Shown in pieces: positions 1 through 12,230 of a stretch of 64,000 bases of DNA. How positions within the stretch are numbered: the first letter of the stretch is position 1; every line of letters starts with the position of its first letter. The stretch covers positions 6,448,001 through 6,512,000 of the forward strand of contig NC_092680.1 in NCBI RefSeq assembly GCF_964355755.1. Reading direction: 5' to 3'. This stretch comes from Antedon mediterranea (Eukaryota > Animalia > Echinodermata). Below the pieces are notes generated by a model that was given only the letters and a program-made list of their open reading frames with translations, had not been told where the DNA came from and made no database searches. The position numbers were made by a program, and so were the translations under genes.

Positions 1-76
1 TAAAACTACAAAATGGCTTATTCAAAGTCTAATTATATTTACTTTATTTTTCATGATTTTGGAGGACAATGCATCT
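1..76. mobile_element. Right end of a TTAA-target (Kolobok-like) MITE, same family as 50037-50384
   Basis: 1-76 aligns by eye with the end of the 50037-50384 copy and ends GGACAATGCATCT followed by TTAA. Confidence 0.7.
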
Positions 77-1704
77 TTAAACAAATTATTGTTATTATGG
101 TAATGGAATTTCACTTTAGATATATGGTGATTCGATTAATCATTAAAATACTTTAAAATGTTGAATAAATCAGAGAAGAGTAAAATTGAATCTGCATGAT
201 TGTAACATAATCAATTCCTATTTTTCCACGTTACATGACTTATACTAAGCAGTATTCTTCAATTCTATTAGGCCCTTGTTGAATATTGTAAGTTTTTACG
301 TGTCGTATTAAATTGATACTAATTCTATCAGAAATGTGCATGTTTAAACGTCACATTTGATCTATCTGTCAATCTAAAAATCATCATTTTAATCTTAATT
401 TTATTTTATCAGGGAATTGATTCAATTTGGTTTAAATGTCGATGGGTTTATAGATATTCTGCATTGCAATTCGACCTAACCCGTCACATTTTATCGGTCG
501 CCAGATCCCAAAGGTCATTGTTTGTCTACAAAACGTTGGCCTAAAGTTTATGACTTTCGGTCTCTGCGGGTGAAATCAATTAATACAGGCGACGATTTTA
601 CAGTGCATAGTCCGTTTGAATTTGGGGAAGGCTCTGCATCATAACAACTACGTTATGATATTAGATCTTCTCACAACAGTCACTTGTATGTTGGCAATAA
701 TATTTCAATAAAGAAGCGACAATTGCAACTTCAATATTGGTCCCTCTACAGTAGGTTATCTTTGAATCTAATTTTTGTAGTACTGTATGCGAGTTCTGTT
801 GTCAAATTTGAAAAATGGTTGATCTGCGTTTCAGGAGAATTCATAGGAGATTTTATAGACTCAATAAACGAATTGTATATTTCAAAGCCATTAGGCTGTA
901 TAAATAAATTAGACTGTATTATTATTATTATTACATACGGTACTTGTTAAAAGGAACATTAACATGAATGATTAAACGATTTTGTAATTCACCTTACCCA
1001 GATATAATCTTGATTAATTTTAATAAAATCAAGATTGAATAACATTTTTTAAAAGGTTTTATTTCCCGTATGGTTAATTCATTTGGAAATCCATTTATTT
1101 AGTCTTTTAAATATAATTGTTTTACGTAAACATGATAGCCATATTGCTATAATTGATCAACCTATCTGGAATTGGAAATAATCACAAATTAATGATAACG
1201 ATTCAAATGATATGGAAATAATTATTACGTTTGCTAGAAAACAACATCTGTCGCATTTTGTGTATTTTTATAAACAAATAATAACATTGATCAAACTCCT
1301 AAAATAGTATTTTTGTATTTATGTGACAAGAAAATTATCTATAAAAAGTGTTAATTTGTGTTTCTTGACAACATTTAAATAATAAAGACTTTGATGGTGC
1401 TTTTGATTTTTTTTAATGTATCAAGCTTTATAATAGCCGAGTACTATATTACGTTTTTTGTTTTTTTTTTTTTTTTTCGAATCTCTATAATAATAGGACA
1501 TACTAAAAAATAAGGTAGGTTTTACCGTTTACAAATGCATTCATGTAATGTGTCTTGAATAAGAAATGAATGTTACATACTTCAATATTATGTCACAGTT
1601 TCCAGACATTTATCATATTAAAAAAAAATGCCGCTGACTAAAAACACGCAAATTTAATTTAGAACGTTAGAAATTTAATCCTGCACGTAATGCTTTAGGC
1701 CTAA

Positions 1705-2079
1705 AGTGAAGCTCCACCCAGAAAATTACTATTTTTCATACATTTTAACCATTATTTAAAAATATCATCCCTCATACTTCATATTTTTTGATTTTTTTTC
1801 TCGATAAGTACGATTTTCTTGAAAATCACGCCTTTTTGCGTTTTTTTTTGGGGGGGGGGGGGAATACCTTGTAATTTCCTATTCTTTTACATGCAATATA
1901 TGTATATATATATACAGTATATGTATATTTGAATAATCCTAAAAAAATTAATTTCTTCACTAAAAAAAATTAAAATGTATATTTATGTAATTTTTCCAGA
2001 TCTTTCTATTTTTGGTATTTTTATCGCGTATACATTGCGCAATTTTGCGTAAATAGACACTTTTGAGTGTAGCTCCACT
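1705..2079. mobile_element. Non-autonomous TIR element, Kolobok-like
   Basis: TIRs AGTGAAGCTCCAC / GTGTAGCTCCACT, flanked by CTAA and TTAA. The body is the reverse complement of 41676-41985. Confidence 0.7.
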
Positions 2080-2900
2080 TTAATGACTGTATTTTTTTTC
2101 TGTTTTCTACTCTAACTTCTTAGCTATCATTTCTTCATTTTGGATTTCCCTTCTTCATAACTCTGGTTTTAAACCTTTTTTTCATAAATAGCTATTCTTT
2201 TTAATTATGTTTCCATATCATTGGCAGTCTTCCATGATTGTTTTCTTCTCTGCTTTCTTCTAAATTCACTCTATCCGTGTTACTTTATAACATTTGTGTG
2301 TTAAGATTAACGTATAATTCAACTTTAAAATGTCTCACTTATGCAATATGACAGTCGATTAATAACCAGATAATGGTTCTAATAACTGAATTACGAATTC
2401 CAGAAAAATTACACATTTTTCTAAAATGAAAAATGTGCATTCTTTTGATAGAGAAATTCAGGTAAATATGTCGCAAAGATGACTATTTTATGTCGACATT
2501 TTACAAAATGTCAAAACAAAATGGTCGTTATCTTAGAAATGCTTCGATGAAATGAAAATACTTGGTGTCTAAGTATTTGACAGATGCATATTTATATTAG
2601 CTCAAATTAATTTTTTTTCCAATAGTGGTCAGAATTATGATTGTTTGGTAAACAATCTGTCAAACATGACTCAAATCGTTTCATTTGTGTGACCCCTTTA
2701 TCTCAAAAGCTTTTCATAACAGATTTCTTAGGAAAATGCATAGTGAAACACAATTATAGACGGTGTAAACGACAGGACAAATGATATTTAAACGATAACA
2801 ACACAATATTTTGAGAATTTAGTGCCGCGGTATTCCGGTTACTGATCCGCATTCAAAATCTATCCTGCGTCAAAATCTGAGCGCCTTTTAAAATGATATA

Positions 2901-3313
2901 CCATAAATCTTCTAATTGTAACCCTGTGTCTTTGATTGTTTTTTAGTGTGGGTTACTATTAGAAGGGGGTTACTATTAGATTAGTGGATTACTATTACTA
3001 ATCTTGAATTAGGCACCTGAAAATAGTAACCCACCCCCACCTTTTCCGGTCAGCAACTCATAGCAAAATATATATGAGTTTAACTTTATTTTATAATATC
3101 AAAAACACTCAATCCTCCCCCACTCTTGAGATCAACATGCATTATCTCCTTATTTTCAAAATAGGGCTGCATCATAAGTTTTTGTGACTCTAATAGTAAC
3201 CCCCATGGGTTACTATTAGAGTAGAGGGTTATTATTATAGATTGACCTATAAAGTGGGTTACTATTAGAAGGGGGTTCTATTAGAGTGTGGGTTACTATT
3301 AGAAGATTTACGG
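2901..3313. mobile_element. Tc1/mariner-pogo-type MITE with subterminal GGGTTACTATTAGA repeats
   Basis: TA|CCATAAATCTTCTAATTGTAACCC ... GGGTTACTATTAGAAGATTTACGG|TA: about 24-bp TIRs, a TA duplication and many internal copies of the motif in both orientations. Confidence 0.75.
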
Positions 3314-3600
3314 TAGCCTAATCGATCGCCGAGGGTAAGGTCGGTAGGGCTTGAGGATTGTCCTTCATAATATTGGTACCGGTAGTTTCTTAACGTGTAT
3401 GATCTGCGTACAGTCACGAAGGGCCTATAGGCCTACTTGCTTAGCACAAGAGACAAAGGGGTTTAAGTTACAAACTGTCTATATTAGAACGCTTCTCATT
3501 GGATTACAAGAGACCGCGGACTATGCATTGTACAATCGTCGCCTGTAATAGATTTCACCCACAGAGAGCGTCTTCGTCGTCGACGTCGACCGAAAGCCGA

Positions 3601-4160
3601 CTTTTCACACAAAAACCTCAAACTGCATAAAATACCTTAATATCGTATTTGGAAACGTTTTATACCATTTTGAGCATTACGACAAAACCTTTTCACACAA
3701 AACATCAAATTGTACAAAATACCTTTAAAACGCATTTGGAGACGTTTTAGACCATTTTGAGCATTTCGACAAACCTTTTTCACACAAAACATCAAATTGT
3801 ACAAAATAGCTTCAAATCGCATTTGGAAACGTTTTAGACCATTTTGAGCATTTCGATAAAACTTTTTCACACAAAACATCAAATTGTACAAAATAGCTTC
3901 AAATCGCATTTGGAGATGTTTTAGACCATTTTGTGCATTTCGATGAAACTTGATTACACAAAAACATCAAAGTGCTTAAAATCACATTTGAAATCGTTTT
4001 AGACCATTTTGAGCATTTCGATAAAACTTTTCACACAAAAACATCAAAGTGCACAAAATAGCTTAATATCGTATTTGGAAACGTTTTAGACCATTTTGAG
4101 CATTTCGACAAAACTTTTTCACACAAAAAATCAAATTGTACAAAATACTGTAGCTTCAAT
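3601..4160. repeat. 87-bp tandem minisatellite, about 6.5 copies
   Basis: Unit CACACAAAACATCAAATTGTACAAAATAGCTTCAAATCGCATTTGGAAACGTTTTAGACCATTTTGAGCATTTCG...; unit starts at 3694 and 3781. Confidence 0.95.
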
Positions 4161-5051
4161 TCAAGTTAGCCTACAGTAGTGAAGGTCGTCAATAGCGCGA
4201 CAAAATATCACCTTTCGGAACTGACAAGCAATGAAGCATGACGGGAGGTCAAGCTGCTGTCCAGAATATAAATAACTGCTGCGCAGCAATGAGCAGATGA
4301 GCGGATGCGCATCGCGTCGTGATGATTGGTCAAATTGATTAATGTGTGCTTAGTGTAGGCACCGCATGGCTCTAATTCCCCCTTTTTAATTTCTTTATAA
4401 ACTAAAAAACAATGAGCAAGTTCGCCAATAAAGTGCTCGAGCAAAAACATGGGAAATCAGTAGAGTAGAGATTTTACCTAAATGTATTCACTCACTTCTA
4501 TTATTGTAACAGTGGGACCAGAGTTTTTTAAAATAGGTAGGCAGCGTATACATACTCAGCCACGTACGACATGATACATCTTCTTTTTATTATCCACGAA
4601 CTGTTGACATTGACAATGTTTTAGATCAATTATAGACATGCACAAGTGATTTGCAAACATTTATCCACATTCGAACGTACATGTAGCACTTACAATTTCC
4701 ATTCGTTGTATTAATTGAATGATTATCCATGGTTACCCATTGTTGGTCACGTGTCAATCTTAAGACCAATAATACTTAACGAAAAATCGAAAAAGCCTAA
4801 TTATAGAAATTACTTATTATGTCTATGCGAAATAATTAATTTCTAACCATACATCATGCCTTTAGCAAAACCAATATATCTACTGCTACTGAATATGCTC
4901 ACGTTGGAACTATAATTTATCAGAGTGTGTTTTTTTTCACACTGCTATACCGTACTTGACAATAGGTATATTTCCACTGTCATTAACCTCAAATGTTTGT
5001 ACGATGACAGTCCGGATATTTCTCTTACGTTAATACACAAACGATGTCAAC

Positions 5052-5262
5052 CTTTAAAATTGACATTTTAACTATTAACTATAAATTATTTTAATTATGT
5101 AATTGCTATAATTTGTTTTATTATTTTGTATGGTATGTATGGCACATACATTTTCTTATGGTACTTTAAATAGAAAACAGTTTAAAATTGACATTTTAAT
5201 CTCTTAACTATAAATTATTTGATTTATGTAATTGCTATAATTTGTTTTATTATTTTTGTATA
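5052..5262. repeat. Direct duplication of about 80 bp (TTTAAAATTGACATTTTAA...TTATTATTTTGTAT)
   Basis: Copies at about 5052-5130 and 5180-5260. Confidence 0.75.
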
Positions 5263-8200
5263 AAAAACAATAGAAAACAAAAAATCATCTGTGATCTCTA
5301 GCCTCAGATGTTTTTAAATGACTATACATTTTCAATATTAAATTAATAAGCGTTTGTAGTCGTAATATTTTTTTATCTTGTGTGCTTCGTCCCACTTTTA
5401 TTATGATACTCTGTTATCAATATGTGTACATATATATATTTTCTTTCTCTCCATTTATATGTTACCATTTTAAAAGTAGTTGCAATAAATGACTATTTGC
5501 TTATACTGCATATACATAAAATGATTGATTTTGATGTTATAAAACCACATTTGCATTAATTATTTAAAATTTAAATTAAATTAATTAAATTTTTTTTAAT
5601 TAAGTAGTAGTAATAATAGATAAAGCATGTTTTTTCAAATACACTAAAATAAGAAATTATCACACTCAATTTTAGAGTGGGATTGGGGGAGGTGGCGTCA
5701 GCATTTCCTAAAAAAGGATAAAAATAGAATACGATCCTTTTCTATATATTTTATAATTTTTATCTATTTTATTTGTTGTCTTTTTTTAAGTTATAAAATT
5801 TGGGTAGGCCATTAGACCAATCTATATGCTATGATGAGTACAGTGTTAATGTGAATTATGGCCGTGACATCACAATCATGAATAAAATCAGAATGGATAT
5901 TAGAAAATGTCAGTAAATGTCAGTAAAGGTCAGTAAAGGTCGCTAAAATTTAAAACAGTTTCCACTTTGCCACTATTTTTCTACCGATTATTAGATTTTG
6001 CCCTTTTAAGACTAGAGAAGGTTATCGATATCGATTGCCTGGCTTTCCTTTTTAAACATTCTGATTTAGAAATGGTTGTACTGCAAACATATTAGCTGCA
6101 ATAAAAACTGCATTGATGTCTCAATGGATTTTTTTAGATTCTTTATAAATTCAAATTTAATTGGATTATAGACACATTTAATTACTGATTTGAACATATG
6201 CAGCTACTACGGTAATTGTAAAATTACAAATTTGTTCTATTGATTCTAGTGTGATCGTCAGTCAACATTGTTTGAACATGACGTAATTAACAATTGGTTG
6301 TTATGCATATTTGGTCATTTGAATGTTTCTTGTATGTTTTTTTCTAGTATTCTTCATTACATTTTGTAATTGCATTCTTACTCAATCACGTGACTTGTCC
6401 TCTTCAGAGAATATAAATATGACAAGAGATGAACCTCGGGCATCAAGTATACTCAGACTTTTAGTGATTTGATAGAGAAGATATATAGCAAGTGTAAGCA
6501 CCTTGACATGGACGACTTAGAATAGATATATTTATTAACTAAACTTGTGTATTCGAGATAGGTAAAGGCTTCATGAATATTTTTTTTTTTTGGTGTAAAT
6601 CATAAAACAGATTCAGAGAAAAGATGTCGTTTATAGCCAACAACAAATCAGTATGTCGTGCAAAATAGCAGACAGACTTAAAATAAATCCATTGTATTAT
6701 TTTTTGAGATTACTAAACTTGGTTTGGTTTAACTTAGGCCATGCGGGCATTACTGAGCGATGTACTTTCACTCACTGGAAATAGGCCTATGTCCTTTTGA
6801 TGTATTTTTGATAAATCGAGTATCCAATAGAGGGCGTCGTACACCAGTTGTGGCTAGAGTACCCCCTCTACAAAACATCATTGGGTCCCATTGCGTGCAT
6901 GAATAAAGAAAATCCTGTGTTATAATTTACATAAGGGTAAGATAAAAGAAGAAACAAAATAAAATTGTATATAACGTATACAAAATTAATTTGATTTATT
7001 CGAAGATATATCAATCGGTTAATAGGCCTACATGTTTGAAATTTAGAAACAAAAGATTTTAAAAAAATTTTCCAAAATGCATGATTTAGGGCGTTCGTGA
7101 AAATCATGATGAGCTAATCAAGTCATGATATACGTACTATAAAGTAGGGTATAGTACCAGGATATGTTAGGTACCGTATTGACTAACAGAAATATAAATT
7201 TGTTTTCGATTATTATACTACCGTATTAACTGTCGTCATAATTATATTTTGAGATAATTATGTATATTTCGTTATCTGTTTAGTATTTATATTTCTTTAA
7301 TTTGTTTATCATATTATTGGACAATCAAAAAAAAAGTTCTGTATCTGTATTCTGTATTAAATATGATCCGTTCAAATGTCATGTCAAATGTGTCGGCATC
7401 ATATAGGCATGTTTCCTTATTTTCCACATTTTGCAGTGAGAAAAATTTCTGGGAGAATATACTTACGTGCCTACGTTTTTTAAATTAATAAATATCAAGA
7501 TCGGTGTGGCGCAATGGGCCACTCACTATAACGTTTCCGATAGCGACTGATGGGTACTACGCGCATTCTAAGGGAGTATAAATCATCAACTACCTGCAAA
7601 TAATAATGGTGCTTTACAAGTAGCCGAATATAGAAACACACCTGTTGTTCATTTATCGAGATTTAAAAAAAAAAAAAAAAAAAAAAATCCACATGATTCG
7701 CTAACGGAACTTGTTTCAGTCTATAAGTAATACTTATTTTAAGCTTTCCATGTATGTTTCCATATTATATTAGCCTATATATTCCATTTTGAGTGACCTT
7801 GACGAAAACTCCGGTAGTAGTAAAATCAAGCAGTCTGATTCAACCACTTCTTCATGACTTCATTAATTGATATGACAATCCATACCTCATTTAAACCTGT
7901 TCTTGTATGAATAAATAATTCGTCGAAGGAAATAAACACATGTAATTAATACTTCACAGGACATACAGTGATACGCATTTCATAGATGACACCTGTTTCA
8001 AATGTGTAAACGTTAATGTAGTCTTAACTACGTCTTGCAGTGTCGGACACATTTTGTATTGGAAAGGCAATTGGTATTATTGGATTATTACTTCAATTTG
8101 AAAGGAATTGTATAATTACCGGTCGTGATAACGGAACTGGCTAATTGAATGCGGTTCTATTATACTGATTGCAATGGATTGTTGTACACAATAAAAAAAA

Positions 8201-8423
8201 CATTCCATCAACAAGCAAAAAAAAAACTCAATATTACAACGCCAGATAATTCTAACGAGAAAAGACAACGGCAATGGTAAAGGTTTTCAGAAGTCGATAC
8301 CATTAGGTCAAATACCTACTGCGCTGTAAAAATTATATATTTATATATTTATATTATTTAATATTTTAAATATTTTAAATAGAATTTTTAAGGCGATAAT
8401 TGCAATAATATTTAATTAAGACA

Positions 8424-8643
8424 CGAAAAGTGGGTGATTTACAGAAGAAAAACCAAAATATCAATCCGCGCGCAATGCATGTTGGGATTTTTATTGGACC
8501 CCTTAAATTATTAGAATCAACTTATTTTTCACATTGTTAACCTTTTAATGGTCCTTAATAGGACCATATAGTATTTATGTTTACATTAAATGTAGTTTGT
8601 GGTCTTAAACTAGATCTGAAAAACGTACGGATTGGGATTTTAA
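8424..8643 (-). mobile_element. Partial inverted copy of the 9437-10062 MITE family
   Basis: Reverse complement of about 9433-9662, ending in TTAA. Confidence 0.75.
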
Positions 8644-9191
8644 CATCACGTAAAATAAGCGGCAATGGAAAACACTCAATTTATTCAACTCGATATCTGA
8701 AACGAAAAAGAAGGTATGTCATATGGCATAGCATATCATTATAAACAATGTACTGTAGCAAAAAATGCATGACATGATAAATTAGAACTATATATTTTCC
8801 TAACTAACACGCCATACAACCTTACATTGATAATGAAAATCTTTCATTTCAACGAACATTAATTTGAATTGCCCCGAGAGCCTTTGTAACCGAGAAAAAC
8901 TAGATAACTAAAGTAACACTGAAAGAAAGTGCATTTCTCTCAAAGAATGGTTAATTTACTTACACTGTAAATAACTGTAACAACATTAATTCAGGCATAA
9001 TAGCGCATTAACGTTTGTTGCATCTATTGTGTTTTATATTCAGAATGTAATAAAGTGCTTTACGTATTGAAAATTAACATTCATTATACCGCATGATTCA
9101 ATGATCAAAAAAAGTGCGAATGGCGTGTATTGCTTATCATGCTTCTTGATGCAAAACATTTGTAGTCGTGTGCAGTCAAAATAGTGTAATC

Positions 9192-9296
9192 AACAAGGCC
9201 ATATACATGGCTGCAGTCGCGTGCTTAAGTTAGTATTTACCGACCAACCGACCGATCAACCAACCGACCGACATAGTGAGCTGTAGAGTCGCGTTG
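9192..9296. mobile_element. Helentron/DINE-1-like non-autonomous element fragment
   Basis: ACAAGGCC start, AGTCGCGT sub-terminal motif present twice and a (CCGA/CCAA)n microsatellite; related to 50431-50540. Confidence 0.55.
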
Positions 9297-9436
9297 ATTC
9301 AAATGAGTCAAGTACTATACGCTTAATCGAATTATTACAATGATGAAGAAATAAATTGTGTAGTACGATCTAAAATTCTTAGAACAATCCAGAAATAATT
9401 TTAGTAGGCCAACTTTATCCAAATGTATTACATTAA

Positions 9437-10062
9437 AGCCCCATTCCCTACGTTTTTTAGATCTAATTTAAGATCACAAACTATATTTAATGTAAAAATA
9501 ATACTATATGGTCCTATTGCGATAACTTTTTTCGTCTTTAAACGGTTAAAAATGTGAAAAATAATCCGATTCTAATAATTATAGCGGCCCGCTAAAAATC
9601 CCAGAATGCATTGCGCGCGGATTGATATTTTTGTTTTTCACCTGTAATTCGCCCACTTTTCGATCGATCGTGAGGCCAAAACAAATGGAAGACTCCTAAC
9701 TTTTCAGCGAAAATACCGGGTTTTCCCCAATTTGTATCAACGGAGTCTGGCAAAAATAGAAAGACAATTAATGCAGCAACTATACAACGTCAGGCTAGGT
9801 ATATAGCTCGCGTACGATGTTCGTACGTTACCGATGTTTACCAGCTAGGCCTACAAAACTAAGCCTAGCTAGGCTAGGCCTAAGACCGTCCACGAGAGGT
9901 CGATCGCCGCGAGCTACTTAGGTAGTGCATTGTTTCTCACTTTTTATCATAATTTACCATAAAACGTACATTTAAGACAAGGAATGACATGGTTTAATGT
10001 TTTTAAAGTGATATATATGTATTATTTTCCAAAAAACGTCCAAAATTGCAGGGAAGGGGTCT
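9437..10062. mobile_element. TTAA-target MITE, Kolobok-like (626 bp)
   Basis: TTAA|AGCCCCATTCCCT ... AGGGAAGGGGTCT|TTAA. RR..YY termini with a TTAA duplication are the Kolobok signature. A diverged internal copy lies at about 16140-16470. Confidence 0.7.
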
Positions 10063-10149
10063 TTAATTAACAATAATGTATTAATGCTCTATTATTATAA
10101 ATTGGTACATTAATTAGTACCGTAATATATAGGCCTAGGCCTATTACCC

Positions 10150-10450
10150 GATCCCCTAAATTATTACATTAATACAAAATATGATTTATGTACTCTATCC
10201 TAAATTATCATACCGATCAAGAACATAATATAACATGTGAGTACTCGATCACAATTATATTGATAAAAACTCCATTTGTATACCTCAAATTATTACACCG
10301 ATCAAAAAAAAATGTATGTATACTTGGTTCCAAATTACATTATTCAAGAAATGTGATCTAAAATGATTATATTGAAATACGAAAAAAACTCGATTCATAA
10401 TCATTATAATAACAGAAAATATGATTTGATTACTTTATCCTTAATTTAAC
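10150..10450. repeat. Degenerate minisatellite (AAATTATTACACCGATCAAGAA-like units)
   Basis: The AAATTAT...ATC...TACTC motif recurs about every 45-50 bp. Confidence 0.45.
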
Positions 10451-10821
10451 AAGAATCTATAAAATAATTACAAATTAGAAGCTCTAATCATTAAAGATAT
10501 AAAAACAATACTTCAAACTCGGGGCCACAGTCATAAAGATTAGGGCAATACAATACCTGAAAACATCATTCTCATAACTAAACTAAAGTCATAAAGACAT
10601 ACAACATATTCCATAACAAACCTTATCATCTTACAACTTATATTTATGAAAATAACTATTACTAGTACAAAAAGTAATACAATACGACTTGCCTTTGCAT
10701 TTTATGTTCCATATCTATGTAATTTCGACTATAGTGAAGTTATAGTTGTATCTAACAGTATACTTTTAAGTTGAATAAAAGCCTTGCTGGAATTAATAAT
10801 GCATTCATACATTGTAAACTA

Positions 10822-10825
<4 letters not shown>

Positions 10826-10866
<41 letters not shown>

Positions 10867-11024
10867 AAAGGCAAATTACTGAAAAATGTGTGGGTATTAG
10901 TGGCTGGATCTCAATAGAGATACAAAATAAAATGAGCAAAAAGCTAAATCAAAACAATAAAGTAAAACAGCCAGGAAAATCAACAGAGCTTTTGGGCAAC
11001 ACTAGCCCTTCATCAATGCAAGTG
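10826..11024 (-). mobile_element. (TA)n plus Penelope-like terminal repeat fragment with a decayed hammerhead motif
   Basis: Near-identical to 28726-28900. On the minus strand the core reads TTGATGA...CAAAA instead of CTGATGA...CGAAA. Confidence 0.65.
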
Positions 11025-12105
11025 TATATAATAATAATAATAATAATTTAATGATGCATGTGGCTAGAATATAACACAGCTAAGGTTTACATTTGTAAAT
11101 AATTGCTTTTTTGTTGAAACGACTCAGTTCAAAATGTCTCTTAAAGATTATGTTAATGTTCCTTTGCTCTAAAACAAAGCAATTTAAACTATCTGCTAGT
11201 CTTAGGATTAACCAACGTTTGAAAAAAACTATAAAACAAAAAGGTTTGCTATGCTGTAAACTGTAATGAGAAAACAGTCTGCTCATAAATATATGGTACG
11301 ATTAGTATATGAATGCAAACTAGGTTATAATCATTTGACTTGTTGTGATAAGTGGAAAAAAAATTCAATAAAACAAAATTATACAATAATGATTCCTGAA
11401 CTTTTTTGTCAATGTTATATTGTGGTAAAACAGATTAATGGCAGTCCTGTTTTTCACCAGCACATTTTATTCTCAAGGATCGATGGTCTAGGCCTACATG
11501 CGCATGTTTTTTATTTCCGTATGTCAGTACTTTTTTGTGATGCGAACAATTGCACAACCAACCTTTGATCCGCGCAAAAAAAAATTAGTCTAGTAGAAAG
11601 CAGAGAAGCTGTTATTTTTTTTTTTTTTTTTTTTTATTTCATCATCACCCTACAGTGACCAAACGTCACCATTAACAGGGTTGAAAGTCGTAAAATATAA
11701 CATATTATATACAAGCAAAAATCAACAGATAACAAGACAACATTTAAATATTACTTACATTAGACAAAACCTTGCGACGGAAACAAGCAAGGGAATCAAA
11801 AAAAATATCAACAGATCCATCAATTTTACATAGTGAGTGGTATAACTTAGGCAAACGATTAACAAAACCATTTTTAGTAATATTTACCCTCCCTCTTGAT
11901 ATAGAAAATAAAGCAGGATTACGCAATTGATATTGTGGAACAGAAATAGGAAAGTACACTTCAAAATTACCATGGAAAATTGAGTTCACAGCCTTAAAAA
12001 GAAAAATTAAATCAAATAACTTACGCCTACTCGCTAAATTAATAAGAACGTCTTTGCTAATAGAAACAAATTTACGCACATAAAATCGACAAAACTTGTT
12101 CTGTA

Positions 12106-12230
12106 CAGTCAGGGGAAAAATGGCAAAATTTTTCCTACTTTCTAGGATTTTTATCAGATAATCTATAGTGTTTTGACTACTCTTGTAACATAACCACAGT
12201 GCTGATTTTGCCATTTTTCCTCCACCTGTG
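12106..12230. mobile_element. 125-bp MITE with TA duplication inserted in LINE ORF2
   Basis: TA|CAGTCAGGGGAAAAATGGCAAAAT ... ATTTTGCCATTTTTCCTCCACCTGTG|TA. Removing it restores the reading frame. Confidence 0.85.

Noticed and set aside
3637-3909. 90-aa ORF with 29-aa repeats
   Set aside because: By-product of the 87-bp satellite; neighbouring units break the frame.
7503-7687. Possible SINE or retrocopy ending in poly(A)
   Set aside because: An A-box-like start but no B box, TSD or second copy.
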